From Thermodesulfobacteriota bacterium (GTDB lineage Bacteria; Desulfobacterota_D; UBA1144; Nemesobacterales; UBA2774): a DNA stretch of 64,000 nucleotides. Under the pieces are notes generated by a model that saw only the letters and a list, made by a program, of their open reading frames with translations, made no database searches and was not told the DNA's origin. The position numbers and the translations under genes were made by a program. Each line of letters starts with the position of its first letter. The first letter of the stretch is position 1. The stretch spans positions 768,001 to 832,000 of the forward strand of contig OY729416.1 of NCBI GenBank assembly GCA_963422265.1, read 5' to 3'. Positions 50,409 to 60,868 of the stretch are shown here, one piece after another.

Positions 50409-51320
50409 TTAACTCCCATAACCAAATTCTTTAATCAGATTTTCTCTCTCAGACCACCTCTCAGTTACCTTTACCCATAATTCAAGAAAAACCTTTGTGC
50501 CGAGCATCCTTTCAATATCAACCCTGGCCAGGGTGCCAATCTCTTTCAGCATCTCACCCCCCTTGCCAATAATGATTCCTCTGTGATTCTTCCTGTCCAC
50601 GCGCACAACCGCCAATATCCTTATCAAACCCCTCTGAGGAATCTCGTTAAACTCTTCAATTGTTACCGCTGTCTTATAAGGTATTTCCTTATATGTAAGA
50701 TTGAAAATCTTCTCTCTTATAAACTCGGATGCCAGAAATCTCTCGGGCTGGTCCGTGATCATATTATCAGGGAAAAACTTATGACCCTCCGGTAGATACT
50801 TCACTATCGTATCTATAAGACCTTGCGTGCCATCGGCGTTAATCGCGGAGATAGGAACTACCTCGCTGAACCTACCCTCAAATTGTCTAGAGGTTTCAAT
50901 AATGCTTAAAATCTCGTCCTTTCTTATCTTATCAATTTTATTGATTACCAATATAGCAGGCTTAGAAAGGCTTTGTATAACAAACCTATCCCTCTTGCCA
51001 AATGGGGCATCAGCTTCAACTACTACCAAAGTAACGTCCCCACCCTCAAGCACCCCCATAGCAGTATTAACCATCGCCTTGCCGAGCTTGCCTTTTGCCC
51101 TGTTTATACCGGGAGTATCTAAGAATATAAGCTGTGCGTGATTGAGGTTTTTAATCCCTAGTATTCTGTTCCTCGTCGTATTAGGCTTTTCAGAAACCGC
51201 CGCTACTTTTTTGCCTACGAAGGTGTTTATCAACGTGGACTTGCCAACGTTAGGCCTTCCTACTATAGAAATGAAACCTGAAAAAAAACTATCAATGCCC
51301 ATTTTAACGACCATTCCCAA
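50409..51320 (-). CDS. era: GTPase Era
   Basis: GRPNVGKST, TTR, DTPG, NKID, EIPY, IIGKGG and LELWVKV motifs. True start may be a few codons downstream. Confidence 0.97.
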   Translation of the reverse strand: MGMVVKMGIDSFFSGFISIVGRPNVGKSTLINTFVGKKVAAVSEKPNTTRNRILGIKNLNHAQLIFLDTPGINRAKGKLGKAMVNTAMGVLEGGDVTLVVVEADAPFGKRDRFVIQSLSKPAILVINKIDKIRKDEILSIIETSRQFEGRFSEVVPISAINADGTQGLIDTIVKYLPEGHKFFPDNMITDQPERFLASEFIREKIFNLTYKEIPYKTAVTIEEFNEIPQRGLIRILAVVRVDRKNHRGIIIGKGGEMLKEIGTLARVDIERMLGTKVFLELWVKVTERWSERENLIKEFGYGS

Positions 51321-51438
51321 CTAATTGCTTGCGAAGACAATTGGTTAATAATACTCGTTTAATGACTTCCTTGCGAAATTGAACATACAAGGTTACAATC
51401 TCCGCCTTTGCGAAAGGAATTAAGAAGGGGTTTTCTTA

Positions 51439-53235
51439 ATGCTTGAACCAATAGAAGATTGGGAAAGATCGGACTACTGCGGCTGCCTCAGAATCAAAGA
51501 CCTTGATCGTGAAGTGACGCTTATGGGCTGGATTCAGTCTCATAGAGATCACGGGGGAGTTATATTCGTAGATTTAAGAGACAGAGAAGGCATTGTACAA
51601 GTAGTTTTTAACCCTGAAATAAGCGAAGAGAGTCATAAAAAAGGAGAATCCGTTCGCGACGAATGGGTAATCGCCGTAAGAGGAAAGGTCTCAGAACGCT
51701 CCGCCGATACCAGAAACCCTAACTTGCTTACAGGTGAAATAGAAGTAATAGCAACTGAAGTAAAAATACTAAACACTTCAAAAGTAATTCCCTTCCAGAT
51801 TGAGAACGAGATAAACGTTGATGAACACCTGCGAATGAAGCACAGGTATCTGGACCTCAGAAGACCCATCATGAGGGATAATATAATATCCAGACATAAT
51901 ATGGTTGCAGCAGCTAGAAACTACCTGAATTTAGAAGGCTTCATTGAAATAGAAACCCCATATCTCACACGTTCTACACCAGAGGGGGCGAGAGACTTTC
52001 TCGTACCAAGCAGGCTTAATGAAGGAGCTTTCTATGCACTTCCCCAGTCGCCCCAATTGCTTAAGCAAACGCTCATGGTCGCGGGGTTTGACCGATACTA
52101 TCAGATAGTTCGATGTTTCCGCGATGAGGACCTAAGGGCGGACAGACAGCCCGAATTCACGCAGATTGATCTTGAAATATCGTTTGTCAAAGAGAACGAC
52201 GTTATGAATGTAGTCGAAGGCATGCTAAAGGCAATCTTCAAAGAGACGAAGGGACTTGAGATAGAGACCCCTTTTAAGAAAATGGGTTATGAAGAGTCTA
52301 TACTCAAATACGGAACGGATAGACCCGATACGAGGTTCGGTCTTGAGCTGCAGGATATATCAGACATATTTGAAAACTCGGACTTTAAGGTATTTAGGGG
52401 AGCCTTAGACAAGGGAGGAATCATAAAAGCCCTTAATATAAAAGGAAAGGCTGGAGAGCTTTCGAGAAAGGAAATTGATGCTCTAACGGAACAAGCAAAA
52501 ACACTAGGAGCCAAAGGACTTGCATGGATCAAGATCTCAGGGGGTGAATGGCAGTCTCCCATTATTAAATTCTTTAGTAAGCAGGAGAAAGAACGCCTCG
52601 AAAAAAGGCTTAGGATGGAAGACGGCGACGTCGTATTTTTCGGGGCAGATTCCGCCCACGTAGTAAATCTAGTGCTTTCACAACTGAGGCTTGTCCTCGG
52701 GGAAAGATTGGGAATGATAGACCAGAGCATATTTAACTTCCTATGGATTGAGGATTTCCCCTTGTTTGACTATGACCAGAATGAAAAGCGCTACGTGTCA
52801 AAGCACCATCCGTTTACATCGCCTAGAGAGGAAGACATTAAGATTCTAGATAATGACCCGGCAAAAGTAATATCTAAGGCATACGATATAGTGCTTAACG
52901 GGGTTGAAATTGGAGGGGGCAGCCTAAGGATATACCGTAAAGACATTCAAGAAAAAATATTCAAGGCTATAGGACTAAAGGAAGAGGACGCAGAAGAAAA
53001 ATTCGGCTTTCTTCTGGAGGCTCTGGATTTTGGAGCGCCCCCGCACGGTGGAATCGCCCTGGGGCTAGACAGGATCGTCATGCTTTTGAGTGGCTCTCAA
53101 TCAATACGAGACGTTATCGCATTTCCAAAAACGCAGAAAGGAAGCGATCCTTTAACGGAAGCACCCTCTGAAGTTGATATCAGGCAATTACTAGAGTTGG
53201 GGATAAGAGCTGATATTAAAAGCAAACCTGAATGA
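51439..53235 (+). CDS. aspS: Aspartate--tRNA ligase (likely non-discriminating Asp/Asn type)
   Basis: [41 protein letters not shown] and GAPPHGG.ALG.DR motifs. Confidence 0.98.
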   Translation: MLEPIEDWERSDYCGCLRIKDLDREVTLMGWIQSHRDHGGVIFVDLRDREGIVQVVFNPEISEESHKKGESVRDEWVIAVRGKVSERSADTRNPNLLTGEIEVIATEVKILNTSKVIPFQIENEINVDEHLRMKHRYLDLRRPIMRDNIISRHNMVAAARNYLNLEGFIEIETPYLTRSTPEGARDFLVPSRLNEGAFYALPQSPQLLKQTLMVAGFDRYYQIVRCFRDEDLRADRQPEFTQIDLEISFVKENDVMNVVEGMLKAIFKETKGLEIETPFKKMGYEESILKYGTDRPDTRFGLELQDISDIFENSDFKVFRGALDKGGIIKALNIKGKAGELSRKEIDALTEQAKTLGAKGLAWIKISGGEWQSPIIKFFSKQEKERLEKRLRMEDGDVVFFGADSAHVVNLVLSQLRLVLGERLGMIDQSIFNFLWIEDFPLFDYDQNEKRYVSKHHPFTSPREEDIKILDNDPAKVISKAYDIVLNGVEIGGGSLRIYRKDIQEKIFKAIGLKEEDAEEKFGFLLEALDFGAPPHGGIALGLDRIVMLLSGSQSIRDVIAFPKTQKGSDPLTEAPSEVDIRQLLELGIRADIKSKPE

Positions 53236-53302
53236 TAAATATATACTAAAGCTCTAGTGGATAGACAAGCAGATTCGCAGATTGCATATTAACTCCTTAA
53301 CA

Positions 53303-53331
53303 TTGACTTAATATGACGAATATGCTATTAA
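53303..53331 (+). promoter_or_regulatory. Putative promoter of the FrhB-korAB operon
   Basis: TTGACT-N17-TATTAA with TG extended -10, about 215 nt upstream of the ATG at 53548. Confidence 0.45.
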
Positions 53332-53547
53332 ACTGCTTACAGTTTGAAAAGACGGCGGAATGGCAAAGCTAATAAATGGCAAGACAATAAAAGTAATGAC
53401 AATTTTAGATCAATCAATTTTGCCGAGCGCCCCAATTTCAAGTCCAAATAGTTCTAGTTATAAGGAAGCGATAGAAAACTACGAACACTACCACCAACTT
53501 GCTGCGCAGCCTAATTTTATCCTAACTATAGAAAAGAGGTGCGTATA

Positions 53548-54822
53548 ATGAGCAATGAAGAAGTCTCCAGAGATGAAAAACTAGTCAGGTCCATTCAGAA
53601 AAAATATCGAGAAATGTTAGAAGATGGGGTTGACCCTTACGAATGGGCTTACGCATGGAGATCAGAGATTAACCGCGGGGGCTTTAAGGCGGTAGATTTC
53701 CTGATGCGAGAAATAGTTGACACAGGTAAATGCGTAGGGTGCGCCGCATGCGTTACTATATGCCCTACGGACGTTTTTGACTACAAAGACGAACGCCCTA
53801 CGGACACTAGAAATGACGCGTGCGTGTTCTGCGAGCTTTGCGCGGACGTCTGCCCAGTGTTGAGACCCCTCGATAAAGATTTGCAAACCCTACTAGAATT
53901 CAAACAACCGACGATTGACGAGGGATTTGGTCCTTATAGTTATGCAGTAATAGCACGCGCTAAGGACCAGGAATTCCTAGACGCCGGACAGGATGGTGGA
54001 GTAACAAGCGCGCTCTTAGTTCACATGCTTGAAAACGAATCTATAAACGGCGCTGTTTTAGGGGACGTGCTTCCCGAAAATCCACAAGTAGGCATTCAAA
54101 AACTCGCTACAACGGCTGAGGAAATAAAAACGTGCAGCGGATCAAGATACACCTACTCTCCAAATACCCTAGCCCTTACGGAAGCTATGCGGAAAGACGT
54201 GCGCCCCATAGCGGTTGTCGGAGTGCCGTGCCAGGTTGACGGGGTGCGCCAGCAGCAATATAGCAGCATACGCCTTGAAGTCGCCAAATGGTATCAAAAG
54301 AACGTATCGCTCGTCATTGGACTTTTCTGCTCCGAAAGCTTTACTCACGAACACATAACGCACATAGCTAAGGAATTGGACGTTGAACCCAAAGACATAG
54401 TGAGCGTGAATGTAAAGGGCAAGGTCATTATAGAGCTTAGGGATGAGAGAGAGATAATTATGAAATTGAAGGATTTTCACCCATTCGCACGCCCAGCCTG
54501 TCTATATTGCCTGGATTACGCCGCGGATCACGCGGATATAGGGGTTGGGGGAATCGGGCTTCAGGGATGGACCTTTGTAGCAGTACGCACCGAAGCTGGG
54601 CACAAAGCCTGGCAGGCAGCCGTTGACGACGGACTTTTTGAGATCGTCCCCGTAGAATCAGAACCCAGAGCCAAGAACCTTCTCATAAGACTCTCCGAGA
54701 TGAAGAGAAATAAGCCGTTACCTGCCTTAATGCCAACATATCAGGAAAGGGTAGAAATGGGAAATACAAATCCTAAGACCTTCTATAAGAACTATAAGAA
54801 ACCTACCAATGGAGGAAGTTAG
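53548..54822 (+). CDS. Coenzyme F420 hydrogenase/dehydrogenase beta-subunit (FrhB/FpoF) family protein with N-terminal 2[4Fe-4S] ferredoxin domain
   Basis: CVGCAACVTICP and CVFCELCADVCP ferredoxin motifs. FrhB motifs QDGGVTSALL, SGSRY..SP, VGVPCQ, IGLFC and C..C.D.....ADI.VG. RBS AAGAGGT before ATG 53548. Confidence 0.9.
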   Translation: MSNEEVSRDEKLVRSIQKKYREMLEDGVDPYEWAYAWRSEINRGGFKAVDFLMREIVDTGKCVGCAACVTICPTDVFDYKDERPTDTRNDACVFCELCADVCPVLRPLDKDLQTLLEFKQPTIDEGFGPYSYAVIARAKDQEFLDAGQDGGVTSALLVHMLENESINGAVLGDVLPENPQVGIQKLATTAEEIKTCSGSRYTYSPNTLALTEAMRKDVRPIAVVGVPCQVDGVRQQQYSSIRLEVAKWYQKNVSLVIGLFCSESFTHEHITHIAKELDVEPKDIVSVNVKGKVIIELRDEREIIMKLKDFHPFARPACLYCLDYAADHADIGVGGIGLQGWTFVAVRTEAGHKAWQAAVDDGLFEIVPVESEPRAKNLLIRLSEMKRNKPLPALMPTYQERVEMGNTNPKTFYKNYKKPTNGGS

Positions 54823-54827
54823 GTTAA

Positions 54828-56633
54828 ATGAGTTCTAACAACGGACAACCCATATTGGAAGACGTGAGCGTTATTGTAGCCGGGCAGGGAGGAGACGGCT
54901 CGCTGACCGTAATTACCATGCTAGCCGACCTGTTTCGCAACATCGGGCTAAACGTATATACGGAAAGAGACGTTCTATCGCGGATTAGAGGCGGGCACGC
55001 AGCCGCCACGATGAGAGCATTTACCGGCGAGAGATACTGCATAGGAAGTAGAATCACCCTACTGCTGGCACTAGACGAGGAAGCTATAGAAAAAAACGCA
55101 AGACAGCTAGACTCTGATAGTATTGTTATCTATGACGATTCCAGTGGACATATCCCTTACGACCTACTACCTGAAGGCGTAAAGATATATTCCGCATCCT
55201 TTAACCGAATTGCTATGCGCACTATGCGCCGCGAACTTTATAAAAACAGTATAGCCTTTGGAATCGTGGGACGCCTGCTTGGCTTAGAGGACGAAGCGAT
55301 GCGCGAGACGTTTACCAAAAGGTTTCAAAGAAGAGGACAGATGATCCTCCAGTATAATCTCGAAGCACTTGGTCTCGGGCTTGATCTGGCAGATGAAATG
55401 GGAATCCACCAAGGAGAAGGACTTTACAGAGTAGAGCGCACGGATCCCGAAACGCACCTTTTAATAATGGGAAATGAGCTTGTGGCTTTTGGATTTATGG
55501 TGGCAGGCGGAAGGTTTTTTACGGGTTATCCTATTACTCCCTCTTCTGAAATTTTGGAGACGCTTCAAAAATGGCTCCCCAAGTGTGGAGGGATAGCGAG
55601 ACAGACAGAGGATGAGCTAGCCGGCATAAACATGGCTATAGGGGCTGCCCTTACCGGAGTTAGAACTATGACGGCTACGTCGGGTCCAGGTTTTTCGCTA
55701 ATGCAGGAGGGCATAGGACACGCGGGATCGGCGGAAATTTCCATGGTCATAGTTGACTGCCAGAGATCTGGTCCCAGCACTGGAATGCCTACCAGGCCAG
55801 AACAAAGCGATTTGAATCTTATGGTATTTGGTGGACACGGAGACTTTCCCAGAATAGTGCTTGCTCCCGGACACCCGGAAGACTGCTTTTACTTAAGCGT
55901 AGAGGCGACCAACCTCGCCGACAAGTATCAGTGCCCGGTATTCATAGCAATGGATCAAGCTCTATCCCAAAACATCGCTAGCGTAAAACCGTTCAATCTT
56001 GATGAGATTAAGCTAGATCAGGGAAAGAGACTTGAACTAGAAGACCTTGAAAAACTAGAGTTTTACAAACGTTACCAAATCACGGACGACAACGTATCAC
56101 CGTTCGCAGCTCCGGGGACGCCGGGCGGCATGTCGCTCGTAACCGGCAACGAGCACGATGAGTTTGGGCTAGTCTCCACCGATCCAACAAACCGCGTGCG
56201 TATGATGGATAAGCGTATGAAGAAGATGGAAAGAGCTAAAAAGGACCTGCCCAAAGCGCGCCACTTTGGAGACCCAAACGCCGAGGTAGGGTTTATAGGC
56301 GTAGGAATGATGTTCGGCGTCATACTCGAAGCTATGGAAGAACTAGAGCATCAGGGAATCAAAGGTCAGTACCTACAACCGAGAACAATATGGCCCATGC
56401 TCGATGACGTTATGGAATTCATTGAAAAATGCGAGCGGGTTTACGTAGTAGAGATGAATGCTCAGGGACAGCTAGCACACCTGTTCTTTCATCAAGGAGC
56501 TTCGTCTGAAAAAATAAAAAGCATCGCCCGGTATGATGGACTTCCCTACAGACCGTCTCAGCTTGTTAAACAAATATTATTAGAAGAGAAGAATTTTCTG
56601 AACGAAGAAAGAAAGGAGGCTAAAGCGCAATGA
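54828..56633 (+). CDS. korA: 2-oxoacid:acceptor (ferredoxin) oxidoreductase alpha subunit (gamma-alpha fusion)
   Basis: AGQGGDG, SRIRGG, GYPITP, Q.EDE, TATSGPG.SLM.E, QR.GPSTG.PT..EQ.D and VE.N..GQ motifs. Confidence 0.92.
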   Translation: MSSNNGQPILEDVSVIVAGQGGDGSLTVITMLADLFRNIGLNVYTERDVLSRIRGGHAAATMRAFTGERYCIGSRITLLLALDEEAIEKNARQLDSDSIVIYDDSSGHIPYDLLPEGVKIYSASFNRIAMRTMRRELYKNSIAFGIVGRLLGLEDEAMRETFTKRFQRRGQMILQYNLEALGLGLDLADEMGIHQGEGLYRVERTDPETHLLIMGNELVAFGFMVAGGRFFTGYPITPSSEILETLQKWLPKCGGIARQTEDELAGINMAIGAALTGVRTMTATSGPGFSLMQEGIGHAGSAEISMVIVDCQRSGPSTGMPTRPEQSDLNLMVFGGHGDFPRIVLAPGHPEDCFYLSVEATNLADKYQCPVFIAMDQALSQNIASVKPFNLDEIKLDQGKRLELEDLEKLEFYKRYQITDDNVSPFAAPGTPGGMSLVTGNEHDEFGLVSTDPTNRVRMMDKRMKKMERAKKDLPKARHFGDPNAEVGFIGVGMMFGVILEAMEELEHQGIKGQYLQPRTIWPMLDDVMEFIEKCERVYVVEMNAQGQLAHLFFHQGASSEKIKSIARYDGLPYRPSQLVKQILLEEKNFLNEERKEAKAQ

Positions 56634-57511
56634 CGGCTGAGCCAAAGACAAAAACGTTTGAACCTGCAAGACCTATATGGTGTGCAGGGTGCGGTGATTT
56701 CGCCGTGCAGGGGGTTCTTGAAAAAGCGCTCAAAAAAAAGGGAATACCACCACACAAGCTAATGATACTAGCAGGTATAGGCTGCTCCGGCACGATACAA
56801 AATAATATAAAGTGCTATGGGTATCATGCGCTTCATGGGAGGGTGCTACCTACCTCAATCGGAGCTAAGCTGGCTAATCCAGATCTGACCATCGTTGCAG
56901 CGGGGGGAGACGGGGATGGGTTCGCAATCGGCTCAGGACACCTAGTGCATACCTTCAAAAGCAACCCTAGCATAACGTATATAGTTATGAATAACAGCAA
57001 CTATGGCCTTACAAAAGGGCAGGCTTCACCTACAAGTCCCACTGGGTACCGAGACAACTCAGAGGAAGGTATGGATTCTATCCTACTCGGATTAAGCTTT
57101 CCCTCAACTACTTTTCTGGCTCGGGGCTTCAGTGGTAACCCCGAGCAATTAGAAGCCTTAATGACTGCAGCTATTGAACATACGGAAGCTGGCAAAGGTT
57201 TCGCGTTCCTCGAAGTGCTCTCACCCTGCGTCACGTATTATGATACGCACCGCGAATGGCGATCTAGGGTCTATAATTTAGATGATGAAAAAAATTTCAA
57301 CCCCGCTAACAGAACGCTAGCATTTCAAAGAACCTTAGAACTCATGGAAGAAGGACGTATACCGATAGGACAGATATTTAATGGCAAGCATCCATCGCTA
57401 GAATCTCTAGCTGTGAATCAAAAAGAACTTCCCCCCGCACATCAAAGAATCGGGAGTAACAACCATCACAGGGAACATTACGAAAATTTTATAGCTTCCT
57501 ATATAGGTTAA
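56630..57511 (+). CDS. korB: 2-oxoacid:acceptor (ferredoxin) oxidoreductase beta subunit
   Basis: WCAGCG, GIGCS, HGR, GGDGD (TPP), N..YGLTKGQ.SPT and SPCVT motifs; ATGA overlap with the alpha gene. Confidence 0.92.
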   Translation: MTAEPKTKTFEPARPIWCAGCGDFAVQGVLEKALKKKGIPPHKLMILAGIGCSGTIQNNIKCYGYHALHGRVLPTSIGAKLANPDLTIVAAGGDGDGFAIGSGHLVHTFKSNPSITYIVMNNSNYGLTKGQASPTSPTGYRDNSEEGMDSILLGLSFPSTTFLARGFSGNPEQLEALMTAAIEHTEAGKGFAFLEVLSPCVTYYDTHREWRSRVYNLDDEKNFNPANRTLAFQRTLELMEEGRIPIGQIFNGKHPSLESLAVNQKELPPAHQRIGSNNHHREHYENFIASYIG

Positions 57512-57879
57512 GAAACTTAACGGTGGTAGGTGGACGTCCTGCTTCGTAGCCTCTTCGGCTAAGCTCAAGACAGGATCAGATGACATACAATAGCGTCAGC
57601 GAGTTAAGGATGCTCCTCCTCGGACTGCTTCTCCCGTTCTCAACTCTATATCATCATCGCCCTCTATTGCTCACATATAATGGCGACTCCTCTATACAAT
57701 AGCACCTATCCCCTAATAAAAACACTCGAGGAAACGTGAAATAACCCGTTTAATCTCGCCCCCACTTTAGATAGCTTTTCCCACTATAACATCTAAATTA
57801 AACTACTAATAATTAGCCATCTTGACTATTGGGAATTTACTGGAAGAATTAAGAGCTTGATATTGGCGGGATATATAAT

Positions 57880-60690
57880 ATGAACACGTTACATTTTTTC
57901 CATGGACCTAATTCAGGTTACTTTCTGGAACTCTACGACAAATACCTAGAAAACCCCACTTCTATAGATTCTCATGCAAAGACGCTCTTTGACAAGTGGA
58001 AATCTGAGCTTGCATCTACGAGGCATAAGGAGGCAAGCCCTCAGAATATGGAGAAAATAGTAGCCACGGTGAACTTAACTCAGACGATCCGCGCATTCGG
58101 ACACCTTGGTGCTAGAATAAATCCACTGAACAGTAGTCAGATCTACGACTCTGCCCCTTATACCACCACTCATAATTTAACTGAAGAAGACCTATGTCAA
58201 CTGCCTTCTAGCTTGATTGGTGGAAAGATAGCAGAGGAAACTTCCAATGCGCTAGAGGCAATAAGAAAGCTGCGCGCAGTTTATTCATCTACAGTAGGAT
58301 ACGACTACTACCATATATATGATTATGAAGAGAGGGAGTGGCTAAGAGACGCTGCAGAGTCCGGGAGATTCAGACCTCCTAAAGACCCAATCAATGAAAG
58401 ACTGCTACTCGATAATCTTACCAAGGTAGAGGTATTTGAACGCTTCCTCCACAGTATATTCCCTGGCAAATTCCGTTTTTCAATTGAAGGCGTAGATATG
58501 TTAGTGCCTATGTTAAACGAGATAGTGGGACTAGCGGCAGAATCAGGAACGCATCATATATTGCTCGGTATGGCTCACAGGGGTCGCCTGAACGTTATGC
58601 ATCACGTAACTAATAAGGATTATAAAGGCACTTTGATTAAGTTTAAGGACCCAGTTCTTGAACGCGATTTTCAGGATGACATGGGATGGACAGGAGACGT
58701 TAAATACCACGAAGGAGCCCGTCATTCTATAGTAGGTAACGGAAGAGAGATAGACATGGAGATTACACTTGCACCAAACCCAAGCCATCTAGAATCTGTC
58801 AATCCCGTAGTAGAGGGTATGTGTCGCGCCGCTGGCACCAGGGCTGATAATCCCGGAGCACCAGAATTTGACCCAGAGGTTTCCATACCTATTATAGTCC
58901 ACGGAGACGCAGCGTTTCCCGGGCAAGGCATAGTCTCAGAGACCTTAAATCTTTCTCGTCTCGACGGCTATACTACAGGAGGCACCATACACATTATTAC
59001 AAACAATCAAATCGGTTATACAACACTACCTAGCGAAGCACGAAGTACCTTGTACTCCAGCGACTTGGCAAGGGGATTTGAAATTCCTATAGTGCACGCA
59101 AACGCCGATGATCCTGAAGCCTGTATAGAGACCGCACGCCTTGCGTTTAACTACTTGAAAAGGTTCCAGAAAGATTTTTTGATAGACTTAGTTGGCTATA
59201 GGCGTCATGGACATAATGAAGCGGATGAACCTAATTTCACACAGCCCGAAATGTATGAAATGGTAGAGAACCACCCAACGGTGAGGGAGATTTGGTCTAA
59301 TACACTCATAGAGCGGAACATCATCAAGAAGGAAGAGACGGAAGAAATTCTTAATAAGTATAATAAAATACTACACAAGGACTTTAAATCACTCAGCCCG
59401 GACGATGTGCCTCGGGAAAAACATTTACCCCCCCCCGTAGGAGCCGCGCAAAAAGTTAAGACGGCAGTATCTGCTGATAAACTAAGAGAGCTAAATGACT
59501 CGCTTCTAAAACTCCCGCAGAGTTTTTCTATCAACCCTAAGATAAAGCGTGGTAGAGATAGGAGGGTAAACGCTCTCAATACTCTCGACCAAAAAACAAT
59601 TGACTGGGCAACAGCGGAGGATTTAGCTTTTGCATCAATTCTAGCGGATGGAACTGCCATTAGACTTACAGGACAGGATACGCAAAGGGGAACGTTTAGC
59701 CACAGACATGCCGTCCTTCACGATTCAAAAACGGGCAACTTATTCACGCCACTCCAAAACTTGCCCCAGGCTAAAGCCTCATTCGAGGTGCATAACAGCC
59801 CTCTTACGGAGAATGCCTGCATAGGCTTTGAATATGGCTATAACGTAAAAGAGCCAAAGCGTCTTGTGATTTGGGAGGCGCAATACGGTGACTTTATAAA
59901 CGGTGCTCAGACGATCGTTGATGAATTTCTAGTTTCCGCAAGGGCAAAATGGGGACAAACACCTTCCCTCGTTCTATTATTACCACATGCCTATGAAGGG
60001 CAGGGACCCGATCACTCGTCAGGCAGGATCACAAGATTTCTAGGCTCCGCTGCGGAGATAAATATGCGGATCGCCAATTGCACCACATCGGCGCAATACT
60101 TCCATTTGCTTAGACGGCAGGCTGAGATATTGGAAATTGATCCCCTGCCCTTAATAGTATTGACCCCTAAGAGCCTACTTAGAAACCCCCAAGTCCATTC
60201 ATCCCTTAAAGAATTCTCCGAGGGGGCGTGGCAGCCGGTAATAGACGATGCTAGGAATGATAAAGACGCTGAGAAAGTAAAGCGCTTGATTCTATGCAGT
60301 GGTAAGGTCTATATTGATCTTATTGCGAGTAAATATATGAAAAACACCTGCGAAGATATCGCTATCGCTAGGGTGGAACAGCTTTATTCCATCCCAAAGG
60401 CGCCACTGACAAAGGTGATAAAAAGGTATGTAAACCTAAAAGAAGTCGTTTGGCTTCAGGAAGAGCCTGAAACAATGGGAGCCTGGATGTTTATGTTCCC
60501 ATTTCTAAGAAAAATAATCAATAAACGCGTTCCTCTTCATTACATGGGAAGACGCCGCAACTCCAGCCCAGCGGAAGGCTCTTTGTCAATGCACAAAGTG
60601 CATCAGGAAGCATTGATAAGGCAAGCCTTTATGACTGCAAAATTGCCCAACATTGATGAGTTAGGGGTTACTTGGGTTAAAAACGTATGA
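57880..60690 (+). CDS. sucA: 2-oxoglutarate dehydrogenase E1
   Basis: RFSIEG, GMAHRGRLN, GDVKYH, NPSHLE, HGDAAF.GQG, RRHGHNE, RGTFSHRH, WEAQ.GDF.N and EGQGPDHSS motifs. Confidence 0.97.
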   Translation: MNTLHFFHGPNSGYFLELYDKYLENPTSIDSHAKTLFDKWKSELASTRHKEASPQNMEKIVATVNLTQTIRAFGHLGARINPLNSSQIYDSAPYTTTHNLTEEDLCQLPSSLIGGKIAEETSNALEAIRKLRAVYSSTVGYDYYHIYDYEEREWLRDAAESGRFRPPKDPINERLLLDNLTKVEVFERFLHSIFPGKFRFSIEGVDMLVPMLNEIVGLAAESGTHHILLGMAHRGRLNVMHHVTNKDYKGTLIKFKDPVLERDFQDDMGWTGDVKYHEGARHSIVGNGREIDMEITLAPNPSHLESVNPVVEGMCRAAGTRADNPGAPEFDPEVSIPIIVHGDAAFPGQGIVSETLNLSRLDGYTTGGTIHIITNNQIGYTTLPSEARSTLYSSDLARGFEIPIVHANADDPEACIETARLAFNYLKRFQKDFLIDLVGYRRHGHNEADEPNFTQPEMYEMVENHPTVREIWSNTLIERNIIKKEETEEILNKYNKILHKDFKSLSPDDVPREKHLPPPVGAAQKVKTAVSADKLRELNDSLLKLPQSFSINPKIKRGRDRRVNALNTLDQKTIDWATAEDLAFASILADGTAIRLTGQDTQRGTFSHRHAVLHDSKTGNLFTPLQNLPQAKASFEVHNSPLTENACIGFEYGYNVKEPKRLVIWEAQYGDFINGAQTIVDEFLVSARAKWGQTPSLVLLLPHAYEGQGPDHSSGRITRFLGSAAEINMRIANCTTSAQYFHLLRRQAEILEIDPLPLIVLTPKSLLRNPQVHSSLKEFSEGAWQPVIDDARNDKDAEKVKRLILCSGKVYIDLIASKYMKNTCEDIAIARVEQLYSIPKAPLTKVIKRYVNLKEVVWLQEEPETMGAWMFMFPFLRKIINKRVPLHYMGRRRNSSPAEGSLSMHKVHQEALIRQAFMTAKLPNIDELGVTWVKNV

Positions 60691-60742
60691 TAAATGGAGA
60701 CCAATGGATTATATAAAGACTTTAGGAGTAAATCCCTCTAAC

Positions 60743-60800
60743 CACACCCGCTAAAGGCGGGAGTGAAAAGATGAAATTCTGAAACTAGTTCGGAATTTCA
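60743..60800. repeat. Two REP-like palindromes between sucA and sucB
   Basis: CACACCCGC-TAAAG-GCGGGAGTG and TGAAATTCTGAA-ACTAG-TTCGGAATTTCA. Confidence 0.5.
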
Positions 60801-60868
60801 ATTTCAGTTAATAGTTACCTGATTTTCATAAGGGAGGGATAAAAAAGGAAATAAAACGGAGAGAAAAA

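Noticed and set aside
57540-57720. Possible small gene or transposase remnant between korB and sucA
   Set aside because: Only degenerate REP-like sequence and a 10-nt direct repeat (ATACAATAGC); no open frame with recognisable motifs.
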